Shown: positions 17,495 to 26,903 of the stretch, piece after piece
Layout: the number at the start of each line of letters is the position of its first letter
Position numbering within the stretch: position 1 is the stretch's first letter
Source: an uncultured Actinomycetes bacterium
GTDB taxonomy: Bacteria; Actinomycetota; Thermoleophilia; UBA2241
Assembly (NCBI GenBank): GCA_963767005.1
Contig: CAVYCN010000004.1
Span: 256,001 to 320,000 of the forward strand
Reading direction: 5' to 3'
Length of the DNA stretch: 64,000 bases
Notes under the pieces: model-generated
Told to the model about the DNA's origin: nothing
Database searches by the model: none
What the model saw: only the letters and a program-made list of their open reading frames with translations
Made by a program: the position numbers and the translations under genes

Positions 17495-17871
17495 ACCTGG
17501 TCGACTCCTGTGGCTGGCTCGAGTACTTCGCGGCGGGACCCAACGCCGACTTCTTCGCGCCGGCACTCGAGGCGCCGACCGATCTGGTCGTGCCTACCAT
17601 CAGTATCTGCGAGGTCTTCAGGCGCGTGGCGCAGCAGCGCGGTGAGAGTGACGCACTGCGGGCGGTGGCGCTCATGCAACAGGGCTCCGTCGTCGATCTG
17701 ACGGCGCCCATCGCCCTGGAGGCCGCCCGCATGAGCGCGGCGCTGGGGCTGCCGATGGCCGACAGCGTCATGCTCGCCACAGCTCGCTCATTCGGGGCCG
17801 CGCTCTGGACGCAGGACCCTGACTTCCACGCCGTGGAGGGCGTGCGATACGTTGCAGCCCAGTCGGCGTGA
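17491..17871 (+). CDS. vapC: VapC (PIN domain) toxin
   Basis: NLVDSCGWLEYF, ICEVF, MADSVMLATA, WTQDPDF. Confidence 0.88.
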   Translation: MNLVDSCGWLEYFAAGPNADFFAPALEAPTDLVVPTISICEVFRRVAQQRGESDALRAVALMQQGSVVDLTAPIALEAARMSAALGLPMADSVMLATARSFGAALWTQDPDFHAVEGVRYVAAQSA

Positions 17872-18000
17872 GCCCAAGTCTGTAGTGCAGCGGTTCGAGC
17901 AGAGGCGCCCAGTCGCTGCGAGTGCCGGGACTGCCGCGATGCGATCCCGGCGCCGCCCGTCCGGGTGGCGCGCTCTGCACGGCGCGATACAATCGCGACC

Positions 18001-18579
18001 ATGAAAGTCGCCGCGTTCAACACGAGCCCACGCCGTGACGGCAACACCGCGATCCTGCTGCGTCGCGTGCTGGCCGAGCTCGAGGCCGAGGGCATCGAGA
18101 CCGAGCTCGTGCAGCTCGCCGGCAAGCGCATCAGCGGCTGCCGAGCCTGCCTCACCTGCGCCGAGACCCGCGACAACCGCTGCCACGGCGTGAAGGACGA
18201 CGGCGTCAACGACTGCATCGCGACGATGCTCGCCGCCGACGGCATCCTGCTGGGCACGCCGGTCTACTTCGGCGACGCCACGGCCACGATGCGCGCGCTG
18301 ATCGAGCGGGCCGGCTACGCCACCCGCAAGAGCGGCAACCCGCTGGCCCGCAAGGTCGGTGCGGCCGTGATCGCCGTGCGCCGCGGCGGCGCCATGCACG
18401 CCTTCGACTCGGTCAACCACTTCTTCCAGATCAGCGAGATGGTGGTGGTCGGCTCGACCTACTGGAACTTCGGCCTGGGCGCCGAGATCGGCGCCGTGAA
18501 TGACGACGCCGAGGGTCTGCAGACGATGACCGACCTCGGCCGCAACATGGCCTGGGTGCTGAAGAAGCTGAACGCATAG
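18001..18579 (+). CDS. Iron-sulfur flavoprotein / flavodoxin family protein
   Basis: FNTSPRRDGNT, CRACLTC...C, GTPVYFG, RRGG. Confidence 0.9.
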   Translation: MKVAAFNTSPRRDGNTAILLRRVLAELEAEGIETELVQLAGKRISGCRACLTCAETRDNRCHGVKDDGVNDCIATMLAADGILLGTPVYFGDATATMRALIERAGYATRKSGNPLARKVGAAVIAVRRGGAMHAFDSVNHFFQISEMVVVGSTYWNFGLGAEIGAVNDDAEGLQTMTDLGRNMAWVLKKLNA

Positions 18580-18583
18580 CCGC

Positions 18584-18612
18584 GCGCCCCGGCGGGCGCC
18601 GCGCCGGGGCGC
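18584..18612. terminator. Hairpin between convergent genes
   Basis: 11-bp stem gcgccccggcg / cgccggggcgc. Confidence 0.5.
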
Positions 18613-18678
18613 CTGGTGGATGAATGGCGAGCGGCGCGGGGCGCGCGCGCAGGAACGCGCCCCGCACCGCTCGCCACC

Positions 18679-18978
18679 CTAGGCGGCCATGCGCCCCGAC
18701 AGCTGCTCGGCGCCGGCCTCGGCGTAGGTGCGGACCTGGGGCACCCCCACCACGCCCGCGCTCGCCATGACCTCGCCGAGCGACGGGTCGCTCAGGAACC
18801 CCTCGAGCTGCTCCTTCGTCGGGAACTGCATGACCACGGCAACGATCGCCGGATCGTCGTCGCGGCGGTAGATGAGGTAGCCCGTGGCGCCGTAGCGTTC
18901 CTGGACCGGGCGATGCGCGTCGAAGCCGCGCTTCCACTGCTCCCAGTCGCTGACGCGATGCTCCACCATGAGGATCAT
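18679..18978 (-). CDS. Small dimeric alpha-beta barrel ('cyclase'-like) protein
   Basis: VEHRVSDWEQWKRGFD...MASAGVVG; GGAGG RBS. Confidence 0.7.
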   Translation of the reverse strand: MILMVEHRVSDWEQWKRGFDAHRPVQERYGATGYLIYRRDDDPAIVAVVMQFPTKEQLEGFLSDPSLGEVMASAGVVGVPQVRTYAEAGAEQLSGRMAA

Positions 18979-19134
18979 GACCGCCTCCGTGCCCCGCCGC
19001 CGACCGTGTCCTTCTGTCTGGTGCTTGCCGGAACCGCAGCTCGGCAAACCGTGGCGTCGCCGGGCTCGCCCGGCACGGGGCGCGCGACGAAGTCACGCGC
19101 ACCTGAGCGGCGATCGCGAAGGCGACCGGCGGCG

Positions 19135-20700
19135 CTAGAGGAGGCCGGTGAAGGCGTCGCCGCCGGTTGCGCGCAGCCTCTCGGGCGTCGGCAGGCGGTC
19201 CGTCCGCATGAGCTCGACGAAGGCCGCCAAGTCGAGGTCGCGGGTGCCGGCCGCGGCCACCAGGCGGCCGCCGCGCGCAAAGGCGACGGTGAAGTCGCCG
19301 CCGGGCAGGTCGCCGACGACGACGGTGTCGTCCCACGCGCCGGCCACACCGACGAACGGGAGGCGCAGGCCGAACTGCTGGGTCCAGAAGGCCGGCACAC
19401 CCGTGAAGGGCGCGCCCCGGCCGGCCATCGACGCGGCGGCCGCTCGGCCGAGCTGCTCGGCCAGGCGCCAGTGTTCGATGCGCACGCGGTCGCCGACGTG
19501 CGCCTCGGGGTAGCGAGCGACATCGCCGGCCGCCCACACGCCGCGGTCGTTCACGCGCAGCTCGGCGTCGACGTCGAGACTGCCGTCGTCGTTCAGTGTC
19601 GCGTGCTCGACGAAGCCGGTGACCGGCCGCACTCCCACGCCGATCAGGACGACGTCGGCCGGGAGGCGCGAGCCGTCGTCGAGCTGGAGCTCACGCACAC
19701 GCCCGTCGCCGGTCAGACGCGCGACGGTGCATCCGAGCCGGAACCGCACGCCGTGCTCCTCGTGGCGGCGCCGCAGGAAACCGCCGATCGCGGCGCCGAG
19801 CTGGCGCTCGAGGGGCACCTCGTCGGGTGCGACCACGGTTACCTCGAGGCCGCGCTCGCGCAGGCTGGCGGCGCCCTCCATGGCGATGAAGCTCGCGCCC
19901 ACGACGACGGCCCGTGTCGCGCCCTCGAGCGAGGCGATGATGGCGTCGCAGTCGCTCCACGAACGCAGCGTGTGGACGCCCGGCAGGTCGGCGCCCGGCG
20001 CGTCGAGCGGGCGCGGCGCGCCGCCGGTCGCGATGAGCACGGCGTCGGGCTCGAGCACGCCGCCGTCGCTGAGCTCGATGCGACGCGTCTCGGCGTCGAG
20101 GCGACGCGTCTCCGCGGTGAGCAGCTCGATGTCGTGCCGTTCGTAGAAGCTCGCGGGGCGCAGCGGCAGCCAGTCGGCGCCGGCGCTGCCGGCGAGATAG
20201 TCCTTGCTCAGGTTGGGGCGGTCGTAGGGGCGCCGGTCCTCGCGGCTCACGAGGACGATGCGGCCGCCGAAACCGTGCTGGCGCAGGGCCTCGACGGCGG
20301 CGGCGCCGGCGGCGCCGCCGCCGATCACGCAGAAGGTGCGGGGGTCGTCGGCGGCGCGCGCCGCCATCGGCATGATCCGTTGCCGGGGTGCGTCGTCGGG
20401 ACGGTCGACGAGCACGTCGCCGCCCTCGACGCGCACGGCGAAGGGCGTGAGCCCGGCGAGCGGCGGCGGCTCGAGCAGATCGCCGGTGCGGGCGTCGAAC
20501 GTGCCCTGGTGCCACGGGCACACGAGGCGGCCGTCGTGGAGCAGCCCGCGAGCCAGCGGTCCGTCGTAGTGGGGGCAGCGCGCGCCATAGGCGTGCAGCA
20601 CACCGTCCTGGCGCAGCAGCAGGACTTTCTTGCCCCCCGCGTCGGCTTCGAGCGGGCTGCCTTCGGGAAGCTCGTCGTCGCGCGCGACCCTGTGCTCCAT
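19135..20700 (-). CDS. Rieske 2Fe-2S plus FAD-dependent pyridine nucleotide-disulfide oxidoreductase (AIFM3-like)
   Basis: CPHY...CPWH; IGGGAAG, YDRPNLSK, WAAGDVA, RIEHW. Confidence 0.92.
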   Translation of the reverse strand: MEHRVARDDELPEGSPLEADAGGKKVLLLRQDGVLHAYGARCPHYDGPLARGLLHDGRLVCPWHQGTFDARTGDLLEPPPLAGLTPFAVRVEGGDVLVDRPDDAPRQRIMPMAARAADDPRTFCVIGGGAAGAAAVEALRQHGFGGRIVLVSREDRRPYDRPNLSKDYLAGSAGADWLPLRPASFYERHDIELLTAETRRLDAETRRIELSDGGVLEPDAVLIATGGAPRPLDAPGADLPGVHTLRSWSDCDAIIASLEGATRAVVVGASFIAMEGAASLRERGLEVTVVAPDEVPLERQLGAAIGGFLRRRHEEHGVRFRLGCTVARLTGDGRVRELQLDDGSRLPADVVLIGVGVRPVTGFVEHATLNDDGSLDVDAELRVNDRGVWAAGDVARYPEAHVGDRVRIEHWRLAEQLGRAAAASMAGRGAPFTGVPAFWTQQFGLRLPFVGVAGAWDDTVVVGDLPGGDFTVAFARGGRLVAAAGTRDLDLAAFVELMRTDRLPTPERLRATGGDAFTGLL

Positions 20701-20718
20701 GACCCCCCTCTGACGCCG

Positions 20719-21336
20719 CTACCAGGCGATGGCGACGGCGTGACCGACGTCGGCCCGGTCGTCGAGCTGCCCGAGCATGAACTGCGCGACGTCGGCACGG
20801 GCGATCGCCGCGCCGTGCGGCACAGCATACCCGGGGGCGGCCCTCCATGAGTGTTTCGCGGGACGGTCGTGCAACGCGGCCGCGCGCACGATGGTCCAGT
20901 CGAGGCCGCTCTGGCGGACCGCGACCTCCATCTGGCGCACGTCGGCCAGGGCGTGCTCGTTGCGCGAGCCGCCGAACAGGCGGCTGGCGAGGCCGCGGCG
21001 CCCGCCGGCGCCGAGGTCGCCGACCGACAGGCAGACCAGCCGCCGCGGGCCCTCGTCGTGCATGACCTGCAGCACGGCGCGCACACCCTGGGCGAGCAGG
21101 GCGCCGCCGTCGCGGCGCGTGACCGGCTCGACGGCGTAAAGCACGGCGTCCTGGCCGGCCACCGCCGCGGCCAGCGCGGCGAGGTCGACGAGCTCGCCGG
21201 TCACGGTGCGCACGCCGGCCGTGGAAGCGGCGGCCACCGCCGGGCCGAACGCGGTCACACTGTGCCCGCGCTCGAGCGCGGCGCCCGGCAGAAGCGCCCC
21301 GACGCCGCCGTCTGCTCCGACCACGAGGACTCTCAT
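20719..21336 (-). CDS. NAD(P)H-binding flavin reductase-like protein
   Basis: MRVLVVGADGGVG, SGLDWTIVR, IARADVA; TAGAGT 7 nt before the ATG. Confidence 0.8.
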   Translation of the reverse strand: MRVLVVGADGGVGALLPGAALERGHSVTAFGPAVAAASTAGVRTVTGELVDLAALAAAVAGQDAVLYAVEPVTRRDGGALLAQGVRAVLQVMHDEGPRRLVCLSVGDLGAGGRRGLASRLFGGSRNEHALADVRQMEVAVRQSGLDWTIVRAAALHDRPAKHSWRAAPGYAVPHGAAIARADVAQFMLGQLDDRADVGHAVAIAW

Positions 21337-21446
21337 GGCGCCCACTCTACCCGACCGGCGACCGACGGCGCATGCGCTCACCGGCGAGCGGCCGCGCAAG
21401 ACTGCGCAGGCGCCGGCCGCTCGCCCCGAGCGACGCAAGCGTGGCG

Positions 21447-22331
21447 TCAGGCCGCCTGTGCCGTAGCGAGCGTCTGTGCGCTGCCGCGCGCGAGCCAGGC
21501 GCCGAAGTCGAGGAGCTCGGGGTACAGGTCGCGCGTGTCCTCGATGTCGACGTCGTAGCCCTTGCGCTCGAACCAGTCGTACATGAGATAGAAGTCCTCG
21601 TTCTGGTCGCGCAACGCCTGCCAGGGGACCTGCACGTAGCGTACGGGCTCGCCGATCGCGGCGCCGAGCGCCAGCGCGGCCGCCGGGAAGGTGAGCTCGT
21701 CGCCGGCGACGTCGAAGGCCTTGCCGATGAACCGGTCCGGGCGTGCGAAGACGATGCCCACGATCGCCGCCACGTCGTCGACGGCGATCATCTGCAGCGT
21801 CGTGTCGCCGCGCAGAGGCACGGCGATCGCGAGGCCTTCGTCGGTGCGCTGCGTGGCGAACGTCAGGAAGTTCTCCATGAAGTAGACCGGCCGGACGATG
21901 GTGAGCGGCAGGTCGAGGCCGTCGAGGTGCTTCTCGATCGCGACCTTGGTCTCGAAGTGCGGGATGCCGGTCTTGCGGTCGGCCGAACCGACCGACGAGT
22001 AGACATAGTGCCGGACGCCCACCCGGGCCGCCACGTCGCCGAGCGTCCTGCCCTGCGCGATCTCGTTGCCGGTGCCCTTCTCGAACGGGGTCGCCATGGC
22101 AAAGACGCCGTAGACGTCGCGCAGGGGCTCGACCAGGCTGGACTCGTCGGTGAGGTCGCCGCCCACGATCTCGACGCCAAGCTCGCGTAGCGAGCCTGTC
22201 CGCTTGCCGCCCGGGTCGCGCGTGAGGCCGCGCACGCGCCAGCCGTCGGCTCGCAGGCGCCGGGCCACGGCCCCGCCCTGCATGCCGGTGACCCCTGTCA
22301 CGAGGATGGTCTTGTCGCTGTTGTCGCTCAC
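21447..22331 (-). CDS. NmrA/HSCARG family protein
   Basis: LVTGVTGMQGGAV, YSSVGSA, PHFETK, RPVYFMENF. Confidence 0.92.
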   Translation of the reverse strand: MSDNSDKTILVTGVTGMQGGAVARRLRADGWRVRGLTRDPGGKRTGSLRELGVEIVGGDLTDESSLVEPLRDVYGVFAMATPFEKGTGNEIAQGRTLGDVAARVGVRHYVYSSVGSADRKTGIPHFETKVAIEKHLDGLDLPLTIVRPVYFMENFLTFATQRTDEGLAIAVPLRGDTTLQMIAVDDVAAIVGIVFARPDRFIGKAFDVAGDELTFPAAALALGAAIGEPVRYVQVPWQALRDQNEDFYLMYDWFERKGYDVDIEDTRDLYPELLDFGAWLARGSAQTLATAQAA

Positions 22332-22629
22332 GGTCGGCCTCCTCGAGGCCGTCGCGGCCTCGGTCGTTCTCTGGATATCCTGCGCGGAGGGGTTCCCGAG
22401 TGCGCGGTGGCGCAATCGCGGCCGCGGGTCCTGGCGTTGCGTGGCGCGAAGGGTTTGCACTAAAGTGATAGGGTTTACCGACACGGTGCGGCGTTGACGT
22501 CAACGCCGGCCACCGCCCCGGCGCCCGGACCGCTTGGTACGATAGACGCCTCGACCGGACCCGCCGTCGCGCGGCGTGCGCGTGTGGTCCGCCGGACCAG
22601 CGCCCCGAGAGGACCACAGGAGGGACATC

Positions 22630-23175
22630 ATGGCAGACGCGTTCAAGAACACCCCACCCAAGCCCGAGAAGCTCGGCGCGATGACCGAGGAGAGCCTCAA
22701 GGCCGCCTTTGCCGGCGAGAGCCAGGCCTCGCAGAAGTACCTTGCCTTCGCGGCCAAGGCCGACGCCGAGGGCTACCCCAATATCGGCCGCCTCTTCCGT
22801 GCGACCGCCTACGCCGAGAGCATGCACGCGCGCAATCACCTGAGCGTGATGGGCGGCATCGGCGCGACCACCGACAACCTCAAGGCGGCCTGGGGCGGCG
22901 AGACGTTCGAGATCGACGAGATGTACCCGGCCTACGCGGCGATCGCCAAGCTGCAGGACTGCGCCGAAGCCGGCACCTCGATCCGCTACGCGGCCACGGC
23001 CGAACGCGACCACCAGGCCGTCTACGACTCGGCCGCCAAGGGTCTGGGCGCCGGCAACGACCTCGGCGGGACCCCGATCCGCGTGTGCCCCATCTGCGGC
23101 CACACCGTGATCGGCGACGCGCCCGACGAGTGCCCGGTGTGCGGCACGGCCGGCCAGTACTTCACCGCGTTCTGA
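22630..23175 (+). CDS. Rubrerythrin family protein 1
   Basis: AFAGESQA, E..HA, GETFEIDEMYP, CPICGH...CPVC. Confidence 0.93.
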   Translation: MADAFKNTPPKPEKLGAMTEESLKAAFAGESQASQKYLAFAAKADAEGYPNIGRLFRATAYAESMHARNHLSVMGGIGATTDNLKAAWGGETFEIDEMYPAYAAIAKLQDCAEAGTSIRYAATAERDHQAVYDSAAKGLGAGNDLGGTPIRVCPICGHTVIGDAPDECPVCGTAGQYFTAF

Positions 23176-23265
23176 GGCCGGCGCCGGCTCGTTCGTAGCC
23201 TGTCGAAGAGGCGCGCGGTCCCGGATCGGGTCGCGCCCCTGAGACCGAGGTCAAGGAGGACCCAG

Positions 23266-23832
23266 ATGCCCGAGGTCGACGCTCCCACGTTCGCGGAGCT
23301 CGAGCAGAAGCTGCCGCACGCCGACGAGCTCCACGATATGGACCTCGCCGACCTCAAGGCGGCCTTCGCCGGTGAGAGCCAGGCGGCCGAGAAGTACCTC
23401 GTCTTCGCCGAGAAGGCCGAGGCCGAGGGGCTGGCCAACGTGGCGACCCTGTTTCGCGCCATCTCGTTCGCCGAGACCCGCCACGCCCGCAACCACCTGC
23501 GGGTGATGGGCGGAGTCGGCGAGACGGCCGCCAACCTGCAGGCCGCCTTCGAGGGCGAGTCGTTCGAGATCGACGAGATGTACCCGGCCTACGTCGAGGT
23601 CGCCAAGCTGCAGGGCGACAGGCAGGCCCTCAAGTCGATGAGCTGGGCGCTGCGGGCCGAGACCGACCACAAGCGCATGTACGCCGAGGCCCGCGAACGG
23701 GTGGTCGCCGGCGGCGACATCGACGCCCAACCCGTGAGCGTCTGCGCGGTCTGCGGCCACACCGTGATCGGCGACGTGCCCGACAAGTGCCCGGTGTGCG
23801 CGGCGCGGAACGCGTACCGCACCTTCGGCTGA
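23266..23832 (+). CDS. Rubrerythrin family protein 2
   Basis: AFAGESQA, ETRHA, GESFEIDEMYP, CAVCGH...CPVC. Confidence 0.93.
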   Translation: MPEVDAPTFAELEQKLPHADELHDMDLADLKAAFAGESQAAEKYLVFAEKAEAEGLANVATLFRAISFAETRHARNHLRVMGGVGETAANLQAAFEGESFEIDEMYPAYVEVAKLQGDRQALKSMSWALRAETDHKRMYAEARERVVAGGDIDAQPVSVCAVCGHTVIGDVPDKCPVCAARNAYRTFG

Positions 23833-23851
23833 TCCTCTCAGGCGGCGCGCG

Positions 23852-23890
23852 GCGGCGGGGGCGGGAGCCTGGGGCTCCCGCCCCCGCCGC
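23852..23890 (+). terminator. 18-bp perfect hairpin after the rubrerythrin pair
   Basis: gcggcgggggcgggagcc-tgg-ggctcccgcccccgccgc. Confidence 0.7.
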
Positions 23891-23977
23891 ATCGTGTAGA
23901 CTCATACAGGCCGCCGCGGCCGGCACGTCCGGCGCCGGCGGGTCCGTCGAACCCTTCCGCGAGCGGAGGTCCTGACA

Positions 23978-24436
23978 GTGGGCTACACCTTCGGCGTCGG
24001 GCGCGCGGCGCCCCAGTTCGACCTTGCGGCGCACGACGGCAGTCGGGTGTCCCTTGCGCAGTTCCGCGGCGACTGGTTCCCGGTCGTCGTCTTCCTCGGC
24101 GCCGATGCCACGGCCGCCACGGCGGCGACGAGTGGGCTGAACGGGATCGCCGAGCAGCTCTGGGGACTGCGCGGCCAGGCGATCGGCATCATGCACGGCG
24201 ACGACGAGGCCACGCGTCACATCGTCGAGCAGGCCGGACGCGCCGACTTCCCGCTGCTCGCCGACCCCGACGGAGCGGTCGCGCGCGCTTTCGGGGCGTT
24301 CGACGCGGCGGCGGGCGCCGTCCGGCCGCACGCCGTGATCGTCGACCGCGCCGGCAAGATCGCCTGGTCGGCCGACGGCGCCGACGCCCTGCGCCCGGCC
24401 GCGCTGCTCGCCGCGCTCAGGTCGGCGGCCCGCTGA
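23978..24436 (+). CDS. AhpC/TSA (redoxin)-fold protein with no cysteine
   Basis: VGRAAPQFDL...VSLAQFRG..VVVF, FPLLADPDGAVARAFG, VIVDRAGKI. Confidence 0.75.
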   Translation: MGYTFGVGRAAPQFDLAAHDGSRVSLAQFRGDWFPVVVFLGADATAATAATSGLNGIAEQLWGLRGQAIGIMHGDDEATRHIVEQAGRADFPLLADPDGAVARAFGAFDAAAGAVRPHAVIVDRAGKIAWSADGADALRPAALLAALRSAAR

Positions 24437-24574
24437 CCCCGGCGCGCCGGGCGGACCGCCCGGCGTCGACCCCGGCGCCCCTCCCTGCCTCGCGCGCGCC
24501 CACGATTGTTCGAACTCCCGCGCGAGTGGGCAACTACAGCCCGATAATCACCACGCACGAAGGAGTATCACCTC

Positions 24575-24940
24575 ATGATCGTCGGTCAGACGCTCTTCAG
24601 CGTCCGGAAGGGAACCGAGCACCGGGCCGAGACCGCGTTGCACGACCTCGACGGTCTGCTGCGCTCGGCGCCGGGACACCAGGCGCATCGCGTCCTGCGT
24701 TCGTTCGGCATGTCCCCCATCGGCAGCGCGCTCCACGACGAGTTGCGCGAGGGCGAGCTCGGGGCGATCCACTACGTCGTACAGGCGGAGTGGGAGTCGC
24801 TCGAAAGCCACGACGACTTCTACCGCGGCGAGGCGCTCGCGCGCGTCTACGCGCTGCTCTCCTCGATCCTCACGACCGGCCCTTACGAGGTGCTCTACGA
24901 CGTCCTCGAGCAGGCCGATCGCAGCGGGGTGGCCGCGTAG
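24575..24940 (+). CDS. Antibiotic-biosynthesis-monooxygenase (ABM)-like protein
   Basis: AAGGAG RBS; APGHQAHRVLRS ... YVVQAEWESLESH. Confidence 0.65.
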   Translation: MIVGQTLFSVRKGTEHRAETALHDLDGLLRSAPGHQAHRVLRSFGMSPIGSALHDELREGELGAIHYVVQAEWESLESHDDFYRGEALARVYALLSSILTTGPYEVLYDVLEQADRSGVAA

Positions 24941-25309
24941 CGTCCAGAGCCTGGTGCCCGGGCCCGGGTCGACGCAGCGCAGCGGCCACCCGCAAGGCCG
25001 GCGCCACGGGTTGCCTCGGCCGAAGTGATCGCGAAAGACACCGCGCAGCGACGGCGTCGTCGTGCCCCTTGCCGACTTCGGGGCCATGGGTCCGCCGACT
25101 GCGCCTTCGACGGCCGACTGATCGACGCCGGACGGGCGAACATGAGCGGCCTCACCCAAGCGACATCCTCACTCGAGATTCACGCAGCACGAACCGCGAG
25201 GCGCGACACTGGGATCGATCGGTCCCTCCGTGGGGCGACCCCCAGCGTGAATGGATGATCGAGTCAGGAGACGAGGCAGGATGATGGTCGCCATGGCCGG
25301 AGGCGCTTC

Positions 25310-25798
25310 GTGGCGGAACGCGCCCTGACAACCGGGCCCGGAGCGCGACGCGCGCTGGACGCCGGTTCCGCGCGCAACGGACCGTGCGCCGTTGTCGCTC
25401 CAAGCGGCGAGATCGACGTCTGCGCTGCGCCGATGTTCCGCGACGCGCTGCTCGCCGCCCGCGAGCATGGCTGCGACCGCCTCGTTGTCGATCTCAGCGA
25501 CGTCTCCTTCATCGACGCCGCCGCGCTGGGTGTGATCGTCGGTGTCGCCCGCGACCTCGGCCCTGAGGCCGTGGCCTTGGTCGTGCCGCATGAGAATCTG
25601 GCGACGACCTTCAAGATCTGCGGGCTCGAGCGCGTGCTCGGCATCTACAGCAGCCGGGACGAGGCGCTCGCCGCTCAGGCCACATCAGCAACGGCCGGCC
25701 TCCCGGCAGACGGACGCCCGACCGGCTCGTCTGTGGGACCGCCGGCGAGCCACATCCGCCGGCGATCTGACCTGCCGTCGTCGCAAGGTGCGGCTTGA
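25310..25798 (+). CDS. STAS-domain anti-sigma factor antagonist
   Basis: SGEIDVCAAP, LVVDLSDVSFIDAAALGVIV, FKICGL. Confidence 0.8.
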   Translation: MAERALTTGPGARRALDAGSARNGPCAVVAPSGEIDVCAAPMFRDALLAAREHGCDRLVVDLSDVSFIDAAALGVIVGVARDLGPEAVALVVPHENLATTFKICGLERVLGIYSSRDEALAAQATSATAGLPADGRPTGSSVGPPASHIRRRSDLPSSQGAA

Positions 25799-25919
25799 GC
25801 TGAAACGCTGCGGCGGTCTCGGAGCTCCACCCGTGCCGGCTCATCATGCGCTAACACAGATGAGCTATACCGCGTGCAATGCGGCCCGCACCATCTCCCG
25901 CCGACGAGAGCCCGTGAAC

Positions 25920-26708
25920 ATGAGTCCAAGCGACGACCGGCGCAAGGCGCGCCTGCTCGCCCTCTACGGTGAGGGTCGGTCCAATCGTCAGATCGCCGCT
26001 CGACTCGGCCTCTCGGCCGAGCGCGTCCGTCAGCTCCTGTCCACCTACGGCGTCACACCACAGCCGGCCGATGAACGTCGCTACCAGATAGCGGTACGAG
26101 GCCGGGAGAAGGAGATCGTCGCCGCATACAGGCGCCTGGGCGACGAGGCGCGGGTGGCCCGGGAGTTGGGCCTGCAGGAGTGCCATGCGAGGCGCCTGAT
26201 CAAGGCCAGCGTTCCGGAGGCCCAGGTGCTGCGCCGGCGCGAGCGCTCTCGGCGGCAGCGTTACACCGACGAAGATCTCCGCAGCGCACTGCGCGAAGCC
26301 GCACGGCAACTGCCCGCGCCACTGGGCTACCACGCCTACCGCAAGTGGGCCGAAGGGCGCCGTGGAGACGGCCTGCCGCGCCCCAGTGCGCAGACCGTGG
26401 TGCTACGTCTTGGCACCTGGCGTGAGGCGCTCGCGGTGGCCGGTCTACCGGTGCCCGCCGGCGGCGGACGCCCGGCGACCTACGAGCACAGCGACGGCGT
26501 CGCGGCGCTGGCGCAGGCCTGGCGCGAGCTCGGCCAGGCGCCGACGATCAAGCGCTACGAAGCCTGGCGGGCGGGTCGGCGGGGCCTACCGTCCCCCGTG
26601 ACCGTGCGACGCCTGGCCACAAGCTGGGACGACCTCCTGCGCGAGGCCCATGTGCTCGTCCATCGGACTCGGCCAGGGACCACAGACAGCGGGGAGAAGC
26701 GCACATGA
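25920..26708 (+). CDS. HTH plus two homing-endonuclease-associated-repeat domains
   Basis: SNRQIAARLGLSAERVRQLL; YTDEDLRSALREAARQL...PSAQTVVLRLGTWREAL and a second copy YEHSDGVAALAQAWRELG...PSPVTVRRLATSW. Confidence 0.65.
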   Translation: MSPSDDRRKARLLALYGEGRSNRQIAARLGLSAERVRQLLSTYGVTPQPADERRYQIAVRGREKEIVAAYRRLGDEARVARELGLQECHARRLIKASVPEAQVLRRRERSRRQRYTDEDLRSALREAARQLPAPLGYHAYRKWAEGRRGDGLPRPSAQTVVLRLGTWREALAVAGLPVPAGGGRPATYEHSDGVAALAQAWRELGQAPTIKRYEAWRAGRRGLPSPVTVRRLATSWDDLLREAHVLVHRTRPGTTDSGEKRT

Positions 26709-26903
26709 CAAAGCCACGCGACCTGCCGGACCCCCTGCGCTGCGCCGGTCGAGCGTAGATCAGCAGGGTCCGCCGAGTGCGCGACCGCAGGGCCGGCGCA
26801 GGGGTACGTCCCTTGCCTTCCCGGGCCTTGCGGTGTACGACCTGCACACCGCCGCCGAGTCTTGCGGTGGCAGCCATTCGCCCATACGCAGGGAGGCGCC
26901 GAG

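Noticed and set aside
23978-24436. Selenocysteine replacing the missing peroxidatic Cys
   Set aside because: There is no in-frame TGA in the ORF.
25205-25275. Cobalamin riboswitch (CACTGGGA ... GAGTCAGGAGAC)
   Set aside because: The 5' core (GGGAA..GGTG..AATCC...CCC.C.ACTGT) and the GGGAAG element were not found; kept only as a generic structured-leader candidate.
26705-26800. c-di-GMP-I riboswitch (CAAAGCCACG)
   Set aside because: No GGCAAAC or GNRA-capped P2 stem upstream; the match overlaps a stop codon.
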